DNA of 48,426 nucleotides, the filler included, from Circinaria calcarea (taxonomy: Eukaryota), in assembly GCA_051942165.1 (NCBI GenBank). It is 2 parts of 2 records of this genome, joined end to end, with 100 filler letters (N's around TTAATTAATTAA, not from the genome) between each part and the next. Parts side by side here need not be neighbours in the genome. Positions count along the whole stretch, not along the records: positions 1 to 24,166 come from JAVECS010000110.1; positions 24,267 to 48,426 come from JAVECS010000111.1. One strand, written 5' to 3'. Shown here one piece after another: positions 12,691-24,286 of the stretch (its first letter is position 1; the number at the start of each line of letters is the position of its first letter). Position numbers and translations under genes: made by a program. Below the pieces are notes generated by a model. That model was given only the letters and a program-made list of their open reading frames with translations. It was not told the origin of the DNA and did no database searches.

Positions 12691-15600
12691 ATGGCGCTGG
12701 CGTTGGCCAATGCAGCAAGGCCGAAGCCTGAAGTCTCTCTCACACAAGCTTTACATGAATACAACGCCATCCTTACCGACGAGCAGAAAAGGCTGCTACA
12801 ATCGCATCATGGACATCCGGACGCTTCTGCTGTGATCACGTTGACGGTCGACATCGACCGAAAAAACAGTGGTCGTAGGAGTCGATGCGTTGGGACTAGG
12901 TTGATCACCTTTCTCGAGTCTGTCCAGCAGTTTACGACTATCGTGGATACTTTCGCTAGCTCAAATCCTGATATTGCAGCTCTGGTATGGGGTGGAGTGA
13001 AGCTGGCTCTGCTGGTAATCTCCCTTCCCTCCCAGGCTGTCCCTATGGCTGACTTGACTTATTAGGCTGCCAATAACTTCACTTCCTTCTTTGACAAATT
13101 GTCGACACTCTTCATGAACATAGGTTCTACCTGCCCTCGATTTACCCAATTTGGGTTACTTTATCCAAGTTCTATTGGCCTTCAAAGAGCATTGTGTGAT
13201 TACTATGCCATTATTATACAACTTTGTAAAAGGTCAATAGAGTTTTCAAGAAAGCCAGGTGAGTGTAGATTGATGATAGAACACCGGAGTATCGATCTTA
13301 ACATAGTAAAGGTCTTTCTCAATTTGCTACGACCTTCTTGAGTCCTTTCGAAGCCCAATTCGGCAAGTTCATAAAGGATCTAGAGAGTTTTGGCCAAGTG
13401 GTACGAGATGAAATATCACTGGCATCAAAGCAAGTGCAGCGTGAGGAAGCAAGGCTTCAAGTCATTGAGCGGGGAGAAGCCTCCATGTTCAGGAGTCTAG
13501 GGACAAAGTTCAGAGACAGAGCATCCCAAGAGCGGAAAGAAGCCCGAGAATGGAGGCTGCAAGCAGAGCTGCGAAATAAGCGTAATTTGATATTTCCTCG
13601 TTTCGAATCGTGGAGGGTTTCCTGACTTGGTGGTGCAGGGCATAAGAAAATAAAGATACTAAATGCTTTTTCAACGTACAATCACTTGACAGCTTGGATA
13701 AAAGCTCGAAAGAAGTGCTCGGTAGGAACGTCGACCTGGATAACCGCCAGACCCGAATTCGAAACGTGGACATCTAGCCTTGGCTCATCAAGCTTGTGGT
13801 GCACTGGAACATGTAAGTCACAGCACAAGCATACAGTATGGGGATATGCACCTAAACTATCTCATTAGTGGGAGCAGGAAAGACAGTGTTATCGTAAGTA
13901 AGAATAGTTTCATGCCACATCGGACCATGGTACTCATTCGACTTAAGGGCTGAAGTTGCTGCACATCTTACGAACACAGTATCACCCATGGATTCTGTCG
14001 GATTTTTCTTTTGCAGATACGATGAGACCGATTCTATGCGCGCGAGAACTATCATGGGTAGCATTGCCAGACAGCTCTTGCACAGCCTTCCGTTGGAGTC
14101 TTTCACCAAGCTCGATCAAAATAGTTATGCGGTATCCCTTGACACGGATCAGATTGTCGATTCTCTTCAGAAAGTCCTGCCCGATAACAGGCGATATTTT
14201 GTGATAATTGATGGGTTGGACGAATGTGAAGATGCGGAAGCCAAAAAGTTGATTTTAGCAACACAAAAGTTACTAACCTCGCCAAAGATTACCTTCAAAC
14301 TCTTTTGCTCTAGCCGACCCGATGTATTTCGCTGGGTACCCTCCTTACTAAAGCCGGAATGGCACGTATCTATGGCTATAGGAGATGTCAATCCCGATAT
14401 CGAGCGTTATATCGACGCTACTCTCGCACAACGTATAGAAAGTGGAGATCTCCAACTAGGGAATCCAACTCTCATCTTGACTATTCGGGATACCCTTCTT
14501 AACGGTGCTCAAGGGATGTATGTAATTCCCCGATGGAACTGGAGCCTTCTATACCCTGCTTACTTTGATTAGGTTCCTTTGGGTTGCTTTCCAGATTGAA
14601 ACTTTATGTGCTCAAAGAAGCGATCAGGGCCTTCTTGAGACGCTCTACGCTCTTCCCAAAGACTTGCCAGAGACGTTTAACCGCATTCTCGGCAGACTTG
14701 CCAAGATGGAAGACATAGACAGAAATAATAGTCTCGAAATCTTCAAATGGGTGGCTGCTGCGAAGCGTCCGTTAACCTTGGCGGAGCTTCGTGAGGTTAT
14801 CAGTATCAAACCATGTCAACAAGTGTTCACAATGGAGTGTTTAATCAACGACATGTCAAGAGCAATGGTGTGCTGCGGAAGTCTCGTCGAAATCGACGAA
14901 GAGTATTCCACTGTCCACTTTGCTCACCATAGCGTCAAGCAATATCTGCTCTCGGTTACTACAGATTCTTTACTTGCAAGATATCATTTCAGCTTACAGG
15001 AAGCCGACAGAGGAGCAGGAGAGATATGCGTAACTTATCTCAGCTTCCCTGAGTTGACCACGCAAGTGGCGAGGGCTCCAACTTCGCGAGCGCATGTCCA
15101 AATATACCCATCCACTATTCTTAAGGAGAGTTTACCCCAGACGGACTTGACTTCCCGGCTTGCCCTAAAGCTGTTGAAAAATAAACGTAATACCGATTAT
15201 TCCTTTCATCGTCACTTAGAAGAGTCTATTGGAATTGCAGAAGTCGAGCACCCTCAACACGCCCAACGCCAGTTTGCTTTCCTAGGTTACGCTCAAACTT
15301 ATTGGCTTTCCCATACGAAAGCATTTACAGAGCATACCACAACATGGCAACTGTGGATTGATCTAGTTAGGAAAGACCTCTCAACTGCATACAGTCCGTG
15401 GACGAATTGGAAATCAGGTAGTTACGGCAAATACGGCATGGAGGAGATTGTTCGGGAGGACCACTGTGCACTCCTGCTACTGAGAATAAGTCAATCCTAT
15501 CCCTCACGGAAGTTCATTTTTAAAGATGGACATCCAGTTGGGACCCTCGAACTGACTCAGGTGGACGAAGTAAGCATGTTCTACAAGATGATCGACCAGA

Positions 15601-16334
15601 TGATTTTGGAGAAACGATATGGGCTCCTTCGCATACTGCTGTTTAACTCACATCCTCAAACAGGCCCTCTGCTCACCTCCTCACTATGCAATGATATTAA
15701 CGCGGCCCTAGCCGGCCTTGGTAACCTAGAGCTTCTTGAGGAGCAACAAGCTGGGATAGAGAAACTAGGTTTAGCTATGGTGTATCTGAACGATTTACTT
15801 GGATACAGTATAGCTCGCCTCCTTAACGAAACACTCATTCCAGAATTTCCAGGCTCAAATGGATTAAAAATCTTTGGCCCGCCGGCATATCATCGCTGGA
15901 ACGCTTTGGCCGTGGCAGCAGCTCTGGGGCATGTCCCTGTTGTAAGGTTCATATTTGCCGTGAACAGAGACAGTGGTGATTTGGGGTCCTGCACTCCGTC
16001 TTTCAATGACATTTTCGCCCAGGCAGTTATTCGCAACCAGGTTCAAGTTTTGCATGTCCTGTTAGATCAGGGTGGTCGATACTTGGAACTGGACAAGCGG
16101 GACTTGAGAGGCTTCACACCACTCATGTATATCGCTGTGCTAGGCAATGTGGATTTGGCTAGAAGACTCATCAGCATGGGAGCTGGACTAGATATAAAGA
16201 ACTTTGATGGAGAGACGGCTTTAAGCAAAGCAAGGGATGAAAACATGAAAAAGTTTCTGATTACCGCTGCGAAGATGACTACACAAAATACCATAACCTC
16301 CGAATTGAATCCACCCACTACCAAAGAGGCTTGA
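12691..16334 (+). CDS. Fungal NLR-like STAND protein: N-terminal helical (Goodbye/DUF7708-like) domain, NACHT NTPase, winged helix, C-terminal ankyrin repeats
   Basis: Multi-exon; Walker A GTLGAGKT assembled via 25-nt microexon 13869-13893; Walker B FVIIDGLDEC; GAQGMFLWVAFQI, LPKDLPETFNRIL; ankyrin-like NALAVAAALGH, GFTPLMYIAVLGN, GETALSKA. Confidence 0.92.
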
Positions 16335-17226
16335 GAGCATACCCGAACGTGAGATAGATTTGCCATCTTTTTCGAGCCGACGACCGAGCCAGTACCAGAG
16401 ATTTTAGGAATCGTATATGCGAGATATAGGGGCCGAGATTGCACGATTTTGGGTGTCAACTGGACTAGGCTAGATTGGACATTCGTGGAGGTAGACGCCG
16501 CACGCATAGGGCAAGACTACACCAAGTATAATTGCCAGTTCAGGTGTGGATATACTCGCTCATGTGTATATTCTTCCAGCTAGCAGACGAAGGAGAACGG
16601 TATCCATTTCGTCGCTCGTTCAGCCGTGGTCGAACGCTCTCATTGATTTCGAGAAAGCGGCGACGAGCGTCGTCATGTGGGCGATAACTTTTTTCTTTTT
16701 TGGCAAAAGGGATATACTCTTGTATAGGTCCATAGTGAAGCTGCTGCCGGACTCAGCTGGAACTTCTTCCGGACGTTGTTTTTTCTAACATTGGGAAGGA
16801 TCGGCTCCGTTCAGTATTCCGGGAGACCCGAGAGGCTGGGTAGTTGGGGAAGGCAGGATGGCAATCGCGGAGTAGTGTTACCTTGGCTGCCACGAACAGA
16901 TTACTTGGTCATTAATCTTAGTTGTCTTTTTCTAATATAGAGTAGCAAATTGGGTTGCCAAATCGAGCTTCTAGAAAAATGAGAACCCGTCTTCCAAATG
17001 TTTGGCATGTGTGGGACCATCGTTTAGTGAGACTATATTCAGAGAGGTATGAAGTATGATTGAATGATCAGAAAGGCAAGGAAGAGAGAGTAACGGAAAA
17101 TGATGGGATGAGTGGTTGCGGATTAAACCATCAAAACGGAGCCTTTATAGTCAGTTTTCGAGAAGAATATTTCTACAACTATATAACAAAGTAGCAAGGA
17201 TCTCAATCAAGCATATATTAACAATC

Positions 17227-18690
17227 TAATAAGGTGGTATATGGGGCGAAAGTAATAGTAACTTATGCCTTATTAACCTAGTTGCCCCCCGCCGGGCCCC
17301 CGGTGCCGTGCTACTAGCTAACAGCGATTGAGAGGTCATTTCATAGTTATATAAGCTCCGTGGTGAATACTACAAAAGCTGATAAGCCACAACACGCGTT
17401 TACGAAATCACACACACACACGGGGCACTTTCCTATGGGTACCTTATTCCCCGCCCTCCTTTTTTTCAACTCCAAACGTACGCCCTCCTCGGGGTGACCC
17501 CGGGGGAAGTAGCGGCCTACCATCCGTTTCACGGAACGAAACCCTAGGCTAGGCTAGGGGGCGGGGGCTCTCCAATACCCGGGGACCTGTTTACCCCCAA
17601 ACCCAAACCCAACCTAACGCCTTCCTCGTATCTTATTGTCATTATCATTATCAAATCCCTCTCCTCTTCTTCTCTTCTTCTCGTAGCAAGAACAGGAACA
17701 GAAAACTCCCAACCCCCCTCCCCTCCATCCCGTCAATTCCCTGATCCCTGGCTTCTCCAAAAGTATTAAAACCCCCAAAAGATTCCATTCAAAATATATG
17801 TTGAGCAATATATAGTGTCCTGTATTGCCATGCGAATTATATAACTAACTATGATATCGAAGCTAGGCATACGAAGAAAAAAACCCGTCTTTTAGAGAGG
17901 TGTGGGAGCATTGGACCACCGCATTATGGTACCCGTAGGTAACAACGTGACTCCGCAAGCCCTATGTATGGACTTTTTCACATAAAACTCCCGTCACCAA
18001 ATAGTAATTCGTGGATAGCGGTTTTTTATATTCATTCTCCTGTCCTGCTCCCTTGATTCCATTTCTACTCCATTCCCCTCCTCCACAAAAAGGAAAGAAA
18101 AAAGGGGAAATTAAACCAACTCCGCCCGTATACCATGTACCATATACCATATACCATAGCCTTGACTTCGACTTCGACTTCCGTCCGTCTATCCATCCAT
18201 CCATCCATCCGTCCATCCATCCGTCCATCCATCCATCCATTGGGAAAATAATCCCATCGGTTTCCTATTTTCTTTTATTTTCTTTTCCTTTTCTTTTTCT
18301 TTCGATTACAAGACGAGATACGAGATACGAGATTAATTGGCAAGGGTTGAAGGTCGAACGAAAGGGATGTTGGGAAAGGACAAGGGTACAAGGGCACAAG
18401 GAAGGGGGAGGGGTTGGGTTACACGGGTCACATGTGTGTGTGTTTGACGAGGTTATTATAGGATTACTAATATATACATGAAAAGGGGGTTTTTCTTTTG
18501 GCTCGTAGTGGTAGTTTAGAAGTGGAAGTTTAGATAGACATGGAAGATTATAAACATGCCACAATAATTGTAGCATGTTGCTTAACCAAAACCGAGGCTA
18601 GATGGCTATTTTTTTAAGAGAGATACGGGGTCCTTTTTGGAATTACTGCTGACATATGCAATCATACCTTCATGTTTCCACAATAAACAG
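17227..18690 (+). ncRNA. Candidate long structured non-coding RNA (telomerase-RNA-like dimensions; identity unproven)
   Basis: No credible CDS; nested long-range helices (17341-17370 with 17822-17854; 17431-17456 with 17559-17585; 17899-17908 with 17988-17998) that need G-U pairs and so favour the plus strand. Confidence 0.3.
18130..18333. repeat. Microsatellite cluster: (ATACCAT)n, (GACTTC)3, (TCCA/TCCG)n, pyrimidine tract, (CGAGATA)3
   Basis: Read directly, e.g. atccatccatccatccatccgtccatccatccgtccatcc at ~18191-18240. Confidence 0.9.
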
Positions 18691-18728
18691 TTTTTTTTTT
18701 GGAAATTCCTTTGTAGAATAGAAGATCG

Positions 18729-18781
18729 CACTACCATCTCTTATACCAAAATATTTCACTACCATCTCTTACAACCAAAAT
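18729..18781. repeat. Tandem direct repeat CACTACCATCTCTTA(T/CA)ACCAAAAT x2
   Basis: Copies at 18729-18752 and 18757-18781. Confidence 0.85.
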
Positions 18782-18850
18782 GAGATTCGTCATCGTTCCA
18801 AATGGCCGTTCAGAGTCATGAATACCGGAAAAAACCAAGAAAAACAAACA

Positions 18851-20640
18851 TCAAGACGTAAACAGCTTGAATCCGCCCGGAACGGCAATCTGAAACAGAC
18901 CAATAGGATCGTACTTCTTACTGACAGCCTGCAAACGCGCTTTGTTCTCTGGTCCATACCCACTGATCGGATCCTGCCACGGCACCGCGTAATTGAGATA
19001 CTTGAAGCGATGAAACAGCCCCGCGGCCATTGATGCTTTATCGATCTGGTCGAAAAGTTCCTTGATGGAGGCTGTCACGCGAGCGTCATCCGAGGCGAGT
19101 GACCAGACAGCCGAGACTAAGCAGAGGACGAGCGCACCGTCGGAGGGATCGAGACCGAGGGAATTGCCTCCTAAAAGCGCAGTCTTCTCAGTAATGGCCG
19201 GTAGGAGAGGTTGCCACGTAAGCGGGTAAACCAGCCCGGTCACGTTTGCGATTGACTGGGTGGCTGCGTTCCACATATTGTATACCTCACGGAGAAAGTT
19301 CACATCGTTCTTGAACGTCGTTGAGATATATAGCTGTCTTCGGATGGACGTCAGTGCGGATTCACAGAGGAGGGCAAAATTGTGGAAGAACTGGGGCGTA
19401 CCTGTTTGCGCCGGGAGAGAAAGTGTTCAGTTCGTTGGTAAAGTCGGTGAGATTCGAAATTCGCATCGTGCTGGAAATCTGGGGCTCGATGCCTGTAAGC
19501 GGTTGGAAAACCGGTGGATTTACGACTGGCTTCGTATACTCCAAATTGTTGCCAACCACATAGCCCTGGCCAGAGGCATAGGCAAAGTTTGTGATCAGGG
19601 ATGCATAAACATCATAGTTGGTCGCATTATTAAAGTCCGAGAACGCGGTGATTTGAGCTAACGCGGTTGAAATAGGGTGTTGGATAGCGCCTCCCCAAAA
19701 TTCTCCTTGCGCAAAGGCTCTCAAATCGAAGCGAGTGACGACGCCGAAATTGTTGGATCCGCCTTTGAGAGCGAGCCAGAGGTCGCGATGTTGGTCGATA
19801 TTAGCGTTTACAATGCCACCGGATGAGAGGACGATTTCGAAATTTACCACGTTATCGCAAGCAAAACCGAACCTTGGGGCGAAGAATGAGATGCCACCTA
19901 CCGCATATTAACAGGTCAGGTTTGGTCCAAGAGCAGCCTCTTCCGTCGACTGATTTCATCCCCGACTCATGAGTTGGGGAATCGATACCGACTTACCCCC
20001 AGTTGTAAGGCCTCCTACCCCAACCCCGGACACACGGCCCCCCGAAACTGAGACGTTCATTGCATCCAATTTCATATACACATCCCCCCATACTGCTCCC
20101 CCGCCCACAGAAACGACGGTCTTGTCCGCATTCACAGCAACACCATCCAACGCTCGAAGATCAAGCGTCACTCCATCTTCAATGTTGGCACTGCCGGCAT
20201 TAGAGTTATGTCCACCTCCCCGGACCGCAAAGTGGCCTTGGCTGGCATCTTTCCTGAAGATCGAGGCCAGCGTCTTGATGGCGGTAGCGACATCTTTAGT
20301 ATTGCTCGGCGTGACGATGCAGGCGGGGGTCAGCTCTTCCTCTTGCGCGGAGAAATAGGACTGTAGTGAGATGACGTAGACTGAGCTGCCGGGGAAGGTT
20401 ACCTTGTTGCCCAGAGCTTGGGCTAGCGCTCGACACTAGGGAGGCGAGATGTTATCAATATAATATACCGTCGACTGCACTATAACAGCTATCCCCAGCT
20501 TTCTTCAGTCAATAAACAAGAGGCAAAAGGAAAAAGTCCAGTCTCACAAAAGGGTCTTTCCATGAACTCGCAAGCCCACCAACAGCAAAGGTCAAAAACA
20601 AGGTCAAAACCACGCCTATGGCATGTGTAGCACTACGCAT
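18851..20640 (-). CDS. Secreted FAD-binding (berberine-bridge-enzyme-like) oxidoreductase
   Basis: Signal-peptide-like start [32 protein letters not shown] flavinylation motif, [36 protein letters not shown]...[10 protein letters not shown]; several introns. Confidence 0.93.
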
Positions 20641-21289
20641 CTTGATTGCCACCTTTCGGACTACTTTGATATATGTTTATTATCTTCTAACAATATACGG
20701 GAAAGCTACTCTGCCATTGCGGCGATTGAGGTTCACCATGAATGTTGACTATGCTTTGTCAATAGGATTCGATTATCTACCTACTTGGTTCGTGCTAGGA
20801 ACGCAGGTCCGCTCACCCTCGGATTCCCGTAAGTCGGTTATGGTAGTACTTATCTTACCCTTTCCAGACCAACGGAGAAAGAAAAGGGGCTTCCTCAGTC
20901 ACGATATGATACTCCAATCCCTCCCTTGAGTTGCAAGGCGGGTGAGGGATAGTGTAAAACTATAGAATCATTCCATACGGAGATCCGATAATAGAGATCC
21001 AAACAACACTAACGACAAAGCGATTGCATTACTACTTATGCTGATGAAGCTCCAAAGGTAGCTTAAAGCCATGATATTTACGCTATAGTGCTTGCGATAT
21101 GAAAGGCTGAGAATGACCATGGCTCTTTAAACGCAGCACTAGAGACTACGACCTTTTGAATATACTGTAAACGAGACTTGGACTCCTGATACTGCTGGTT
21201 CTCCAAGAACCATCCTGGTGAAACACGGTCCTTTGCCATTCCAGTCGCTGGTAGCACGCACTCATACCAGTTGCTTATTCATTCTTTGC

Positions 21290-23163
21290 TCACCAGCTTT
21301 CCCAAATGACATCTGGTAGCACGGTGCGCATGATCCTCCAATGGCCTACCGCACTACTTCGCTGATAGTTCTCCAATACCCCTGTTTGCCCCTTTCTCAA
21401 TACCCCTGACTTCTCGTCTCCTTTTCGTTCCTCAAAGTAGCTAGAGTCGATCTCGTGTGTCGGTAGTAGGAAACGCTTTCTGCCCTGACTACCTAGATAG
21501 TCCGCTTCAACGGGGTTTCTGAATGTGAGGGCACCTTTAGACTTTCTGCAAAACATAACCATGTTTGTGAAATCCTTGGTAGGAGTCTCAATACCTGCTG
21601 AGGAGAAGTCATCGGGAGGAGCATCTTCTCGGAACAGCCGACAGCTTGGGAAGACCGATTTTACTGTCCGGACCACTAAGCTTGCTGATGGCATTAGAAG
21701 GTCTCCGGCGTAGTTCTAGGCCAGTGTTAGCTACATATATGGAGAGCATTATATACAGATCCACTTGCAATCGCGATAACTCCATCTCGTTTTAGGAGAT
21801 CACTTAGACCTTGAATGAATTCCTGCGTGAAGAGGTCCGCCGGTTCAGCCCCGCCAGTAAAAACATCATGGATGATATAGTTATAGCTGAAACGTCTCGA
21901 GCCAGCCGCTTGAACTCTCGCTACAAACATGACGGCGTCCTCAATAATCGATGTATGATTCTTTGGAAGGTCAAAATATAAGGTAGCAAATTCATGCACT
22001 ACTGGGTCGATCTCAACCGTAGTAGTGGCAATTCCGTGAGCGATCAGGGCTGCTGGTGTAGTACCGACTCCCAGTCCTCTATGCGACGTAAACAAGCGGC
22101 TCTTCCCTCAATTATGATAGTCAGGAAAGCCATACATTACCAAGGCTGTGGGTTGGTAGTCTGGTATGATGCCGATTTTGTCCGTTGCTTCGGTCCGGAC
22201 AAGACGTACGGCTTCGAGCATGGTAAATATTGCATAAATAGGCTCATTCATTCTACCACGATAGCCCATGGGCGGTGTCGTCCATTCGCCACCGAGCAAA
22301 CTATGATCGCACCTCATGACCCTGAAGCCATGCTCAAAGTTATCCAACACTGAGATATAACCTGTCAGAGACTCCTGGCGCGCAACGAGCGAGAAATTGT
22401 GTGCTTGCAACGTAGAGTTCAGGGCAATTGATGCGTCTGAGGTTGGAATATGAATGTTGATAAAGATAGAATGGAGTATTGGAAGGACAGAAAGTAATAA
22501 GAGCTTAGATGGTAGTAGCAATGAATAGAAGCTGGCAATCACAAGTTGCAAGCCACTTCGAGTGAAAACAAAGTTAGAGCCGATGTTGCGCTGGATAACG
22601 CGCTGCGATACTTTTGCCATTGTACCGAAGATAATGTACAATACTATCCCAAATCCTGCGTCTCCGGAGTGACCACCATATCGGCCAAGATTTATGGTAT
22701 CAAAGACGGTACCAGCTAAGACCACTGAAAAGGCGATTAGGGGGAAATAGGTTAGCATCTCCGTCAGGATTGGGCCGTAAACTGGACCAAGTTGGCCACT
22801 GTACATGAAGAGGTAGTACTGAGCTGTTGGTATCGAGTAAGCTAGTAGAGGAAGATGTTTTGCAACATTTCTCCATGGCAAGGAACGTGTAGTGCCTTTC
22901 GCCGTCCATGCGAGTATGAAAGCTGCCACCGTTATGCGTGAGTGATGGACTGATGGTGGTATTGAACCATAAACGGGCGAAAGGCTTAGCAAAGAAACCG
23001 GTGAGTAGATAGCAGCCAGTAAAAGGATCCCCACGGCCTTCAGCACTGCTTGGACGCTCTCGCTAGGGATCCTAATGGCAGTGTTTGAGGTTACGCCGGG
23101 CGGATTCTCGGGGGACCGCTGTATCGAGGGGGATTTTCGACCATTTCTCTTGAGCCGAGCCAT
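21290..23163 (-). CDS. Membrane-anchored spermine/spermidine-synthase-like SAM-dependent methyltransferase
   Basis: Multi-TM N-terminus, RVMRCDHSLLGGEW, GLGVGTTP...VEIDPVVH, YIIHDVFTGG, DFTNMVMFC; three exons. Confidence 0.88.
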
Positions 23164-23494
23164 AGTTGCGTAAGATCAGCCGAATATTAAAATATTGCAT
23201 TACAGGCTCAACCGTAGATGACAGGTTGGCAGCGGCCTTAGGTTACACCTCGTTTCCGGACCTTTTGACAACCATCTCTGCAGTGTATAAATCAGGAAAC
23301 TCAACTGACGTTAGGAAGGTTTATATGCTGGACTGTATCCTGTTGAGAAAAGTTGAAGTCTGTGAGGTCTCAAGGAATAAGGGCGAAGTCACTTGTAAAG
23401 ATAGGCCGATCTCCGAGAGCGCTCGGACCAAGCTGAAAAGGTGCCGATCATACGTCATCGTCGTGGGAAATCGTGGTTCGACCTTCGTACTGTT

Positions 23495-24166
23495 ATGTCT
23501 TCTGCAACGATAGCAGTCAACATGGACAAATCGTTGACACCTATGACACTTGAGGGTGATGATCTAATTCACGCCAGCCAACCGTTTTCTCATTCGATAG
23601 AAGGTCCACGTGAAAGATCTCCGGAGGCCATGGCGCGCATCAAAGTCAAGAACAGACGAATGCGTTATCTCAATACCCATCCTGAATATTTCTCATCTCT
23701 CGAGCTCGTAGGTCAGCGTCCACTACCTTATCTCCTACACATCGGATCCACTGACTCGCCAAAGATCCTTTGGCATACGATCGTCTCGTTAGACGGTTCC
23801 AGACATCAGCAGAGCGCGAAGAAGAGGGCAGGCGCAAGGGATATTCAGGTGTCCTCGAGGCCGATCTATGGAGGTCGGAGGCGAAGATGGAAGCATTGTC
23901 GAACCCATCAAAAACCTCATTGATGACTTATAGACGAGGTCAGGATGGAGAGATCCTGGCCGAAGAGAAAGATGATGTACCTATAAATAAAGAAGATGGT
24001 CTGCGCAAGTGGCGAAAGGAGATGGAGCTAAGGTTCTTAAGGGGGGATGATGAGGATTTTGAATATCGCCAGGTAGACGAGAGTGAAGAGTTTGATGATA
24101 GGGGAGTTGAGGAAAGGGAACAGGAGGAGAAGTGGTTCGAGGAAGAGGAACCTCAGTGGGTAATAA
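23495..24166 (+). CDS. CCDC97 / DUF2052-like protein, truncated by gap
   Basis: RIKVKNRRMRYLNTHPEYF, intron, DPLAYDRLVRRFQT...WRKEMELRFLRGDDEDFEYRQVDESEEFD...EEKWFEEEEP. Confidence 0.85.
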
Positions 24167-24266
24167 NNNNNNNNNNNNNNNNNNNNNNNNNNNNNNNNNN
24201 NNNNNNNNNNTTAATTAATTAANNNNNNNNNNNNNNNNNNNNNNNNNNNNNNNNNNNNNNNNNNNN
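24167..24266. other. Artificial assembly spacer (44 N + TTAATTAATTAA + 44 N)
   Basis: Exactly 100 bp and symmetric; the core places stop codons in all six frames. Confidence 0.97.
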
Positions 24267-24286
24267 TGCCAGTCGCTGTAGACATC

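Noticed and set aside
16340..16800. Short open frames on both strands downstream of the NLR
   Set aside because: No recognisable motif or coherent splice model; possibly a relic but unsupported
17261..17266. Minus-strand ATAAGT, the non-canonical 5' splice site used at Neurospora/Aspergillus TER 3' ends
   Set aside because: A single hexamer, on the strand opposite to the one favoured by the pairing; kept only as an alternative orientation
17379..17410. CTGATAA...GAAA resembling a hammerhead ribozyme core
   Set aside because: Lacks G8 of CUGANGA and no stems I-III can be formed
17351..17595. Minus-strand motifs ACAGGTCCCCGG and ACCACGGAGCTTA resembling RNase MRP CR-I/CR-V
   Set aside because: The two halves do not form a correct P4 helix (C-A mismatch), and G-U usage points to the plus strand
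17962..18576. ORFs MDGWMDGW..., HPSIHPSI... and neighbours
   Set aside because: Translations of microsatellites and purine/pyrimidine tracts
18729..18781. Two-copy direct repeat as a CRISPR-like or transposon-end signal
   Set aside because: Only two copies with a 4-bp spacer in a eukaryotic 3' flank; simple slippage duplication
18851..23163. FAD oxidase plus methyltransferase as a secondary-metabolite cluster
   Set aside because: No PKS, NRPS or terpene core gene in the window, and the methyltransferase belongs to a broadly conserved family
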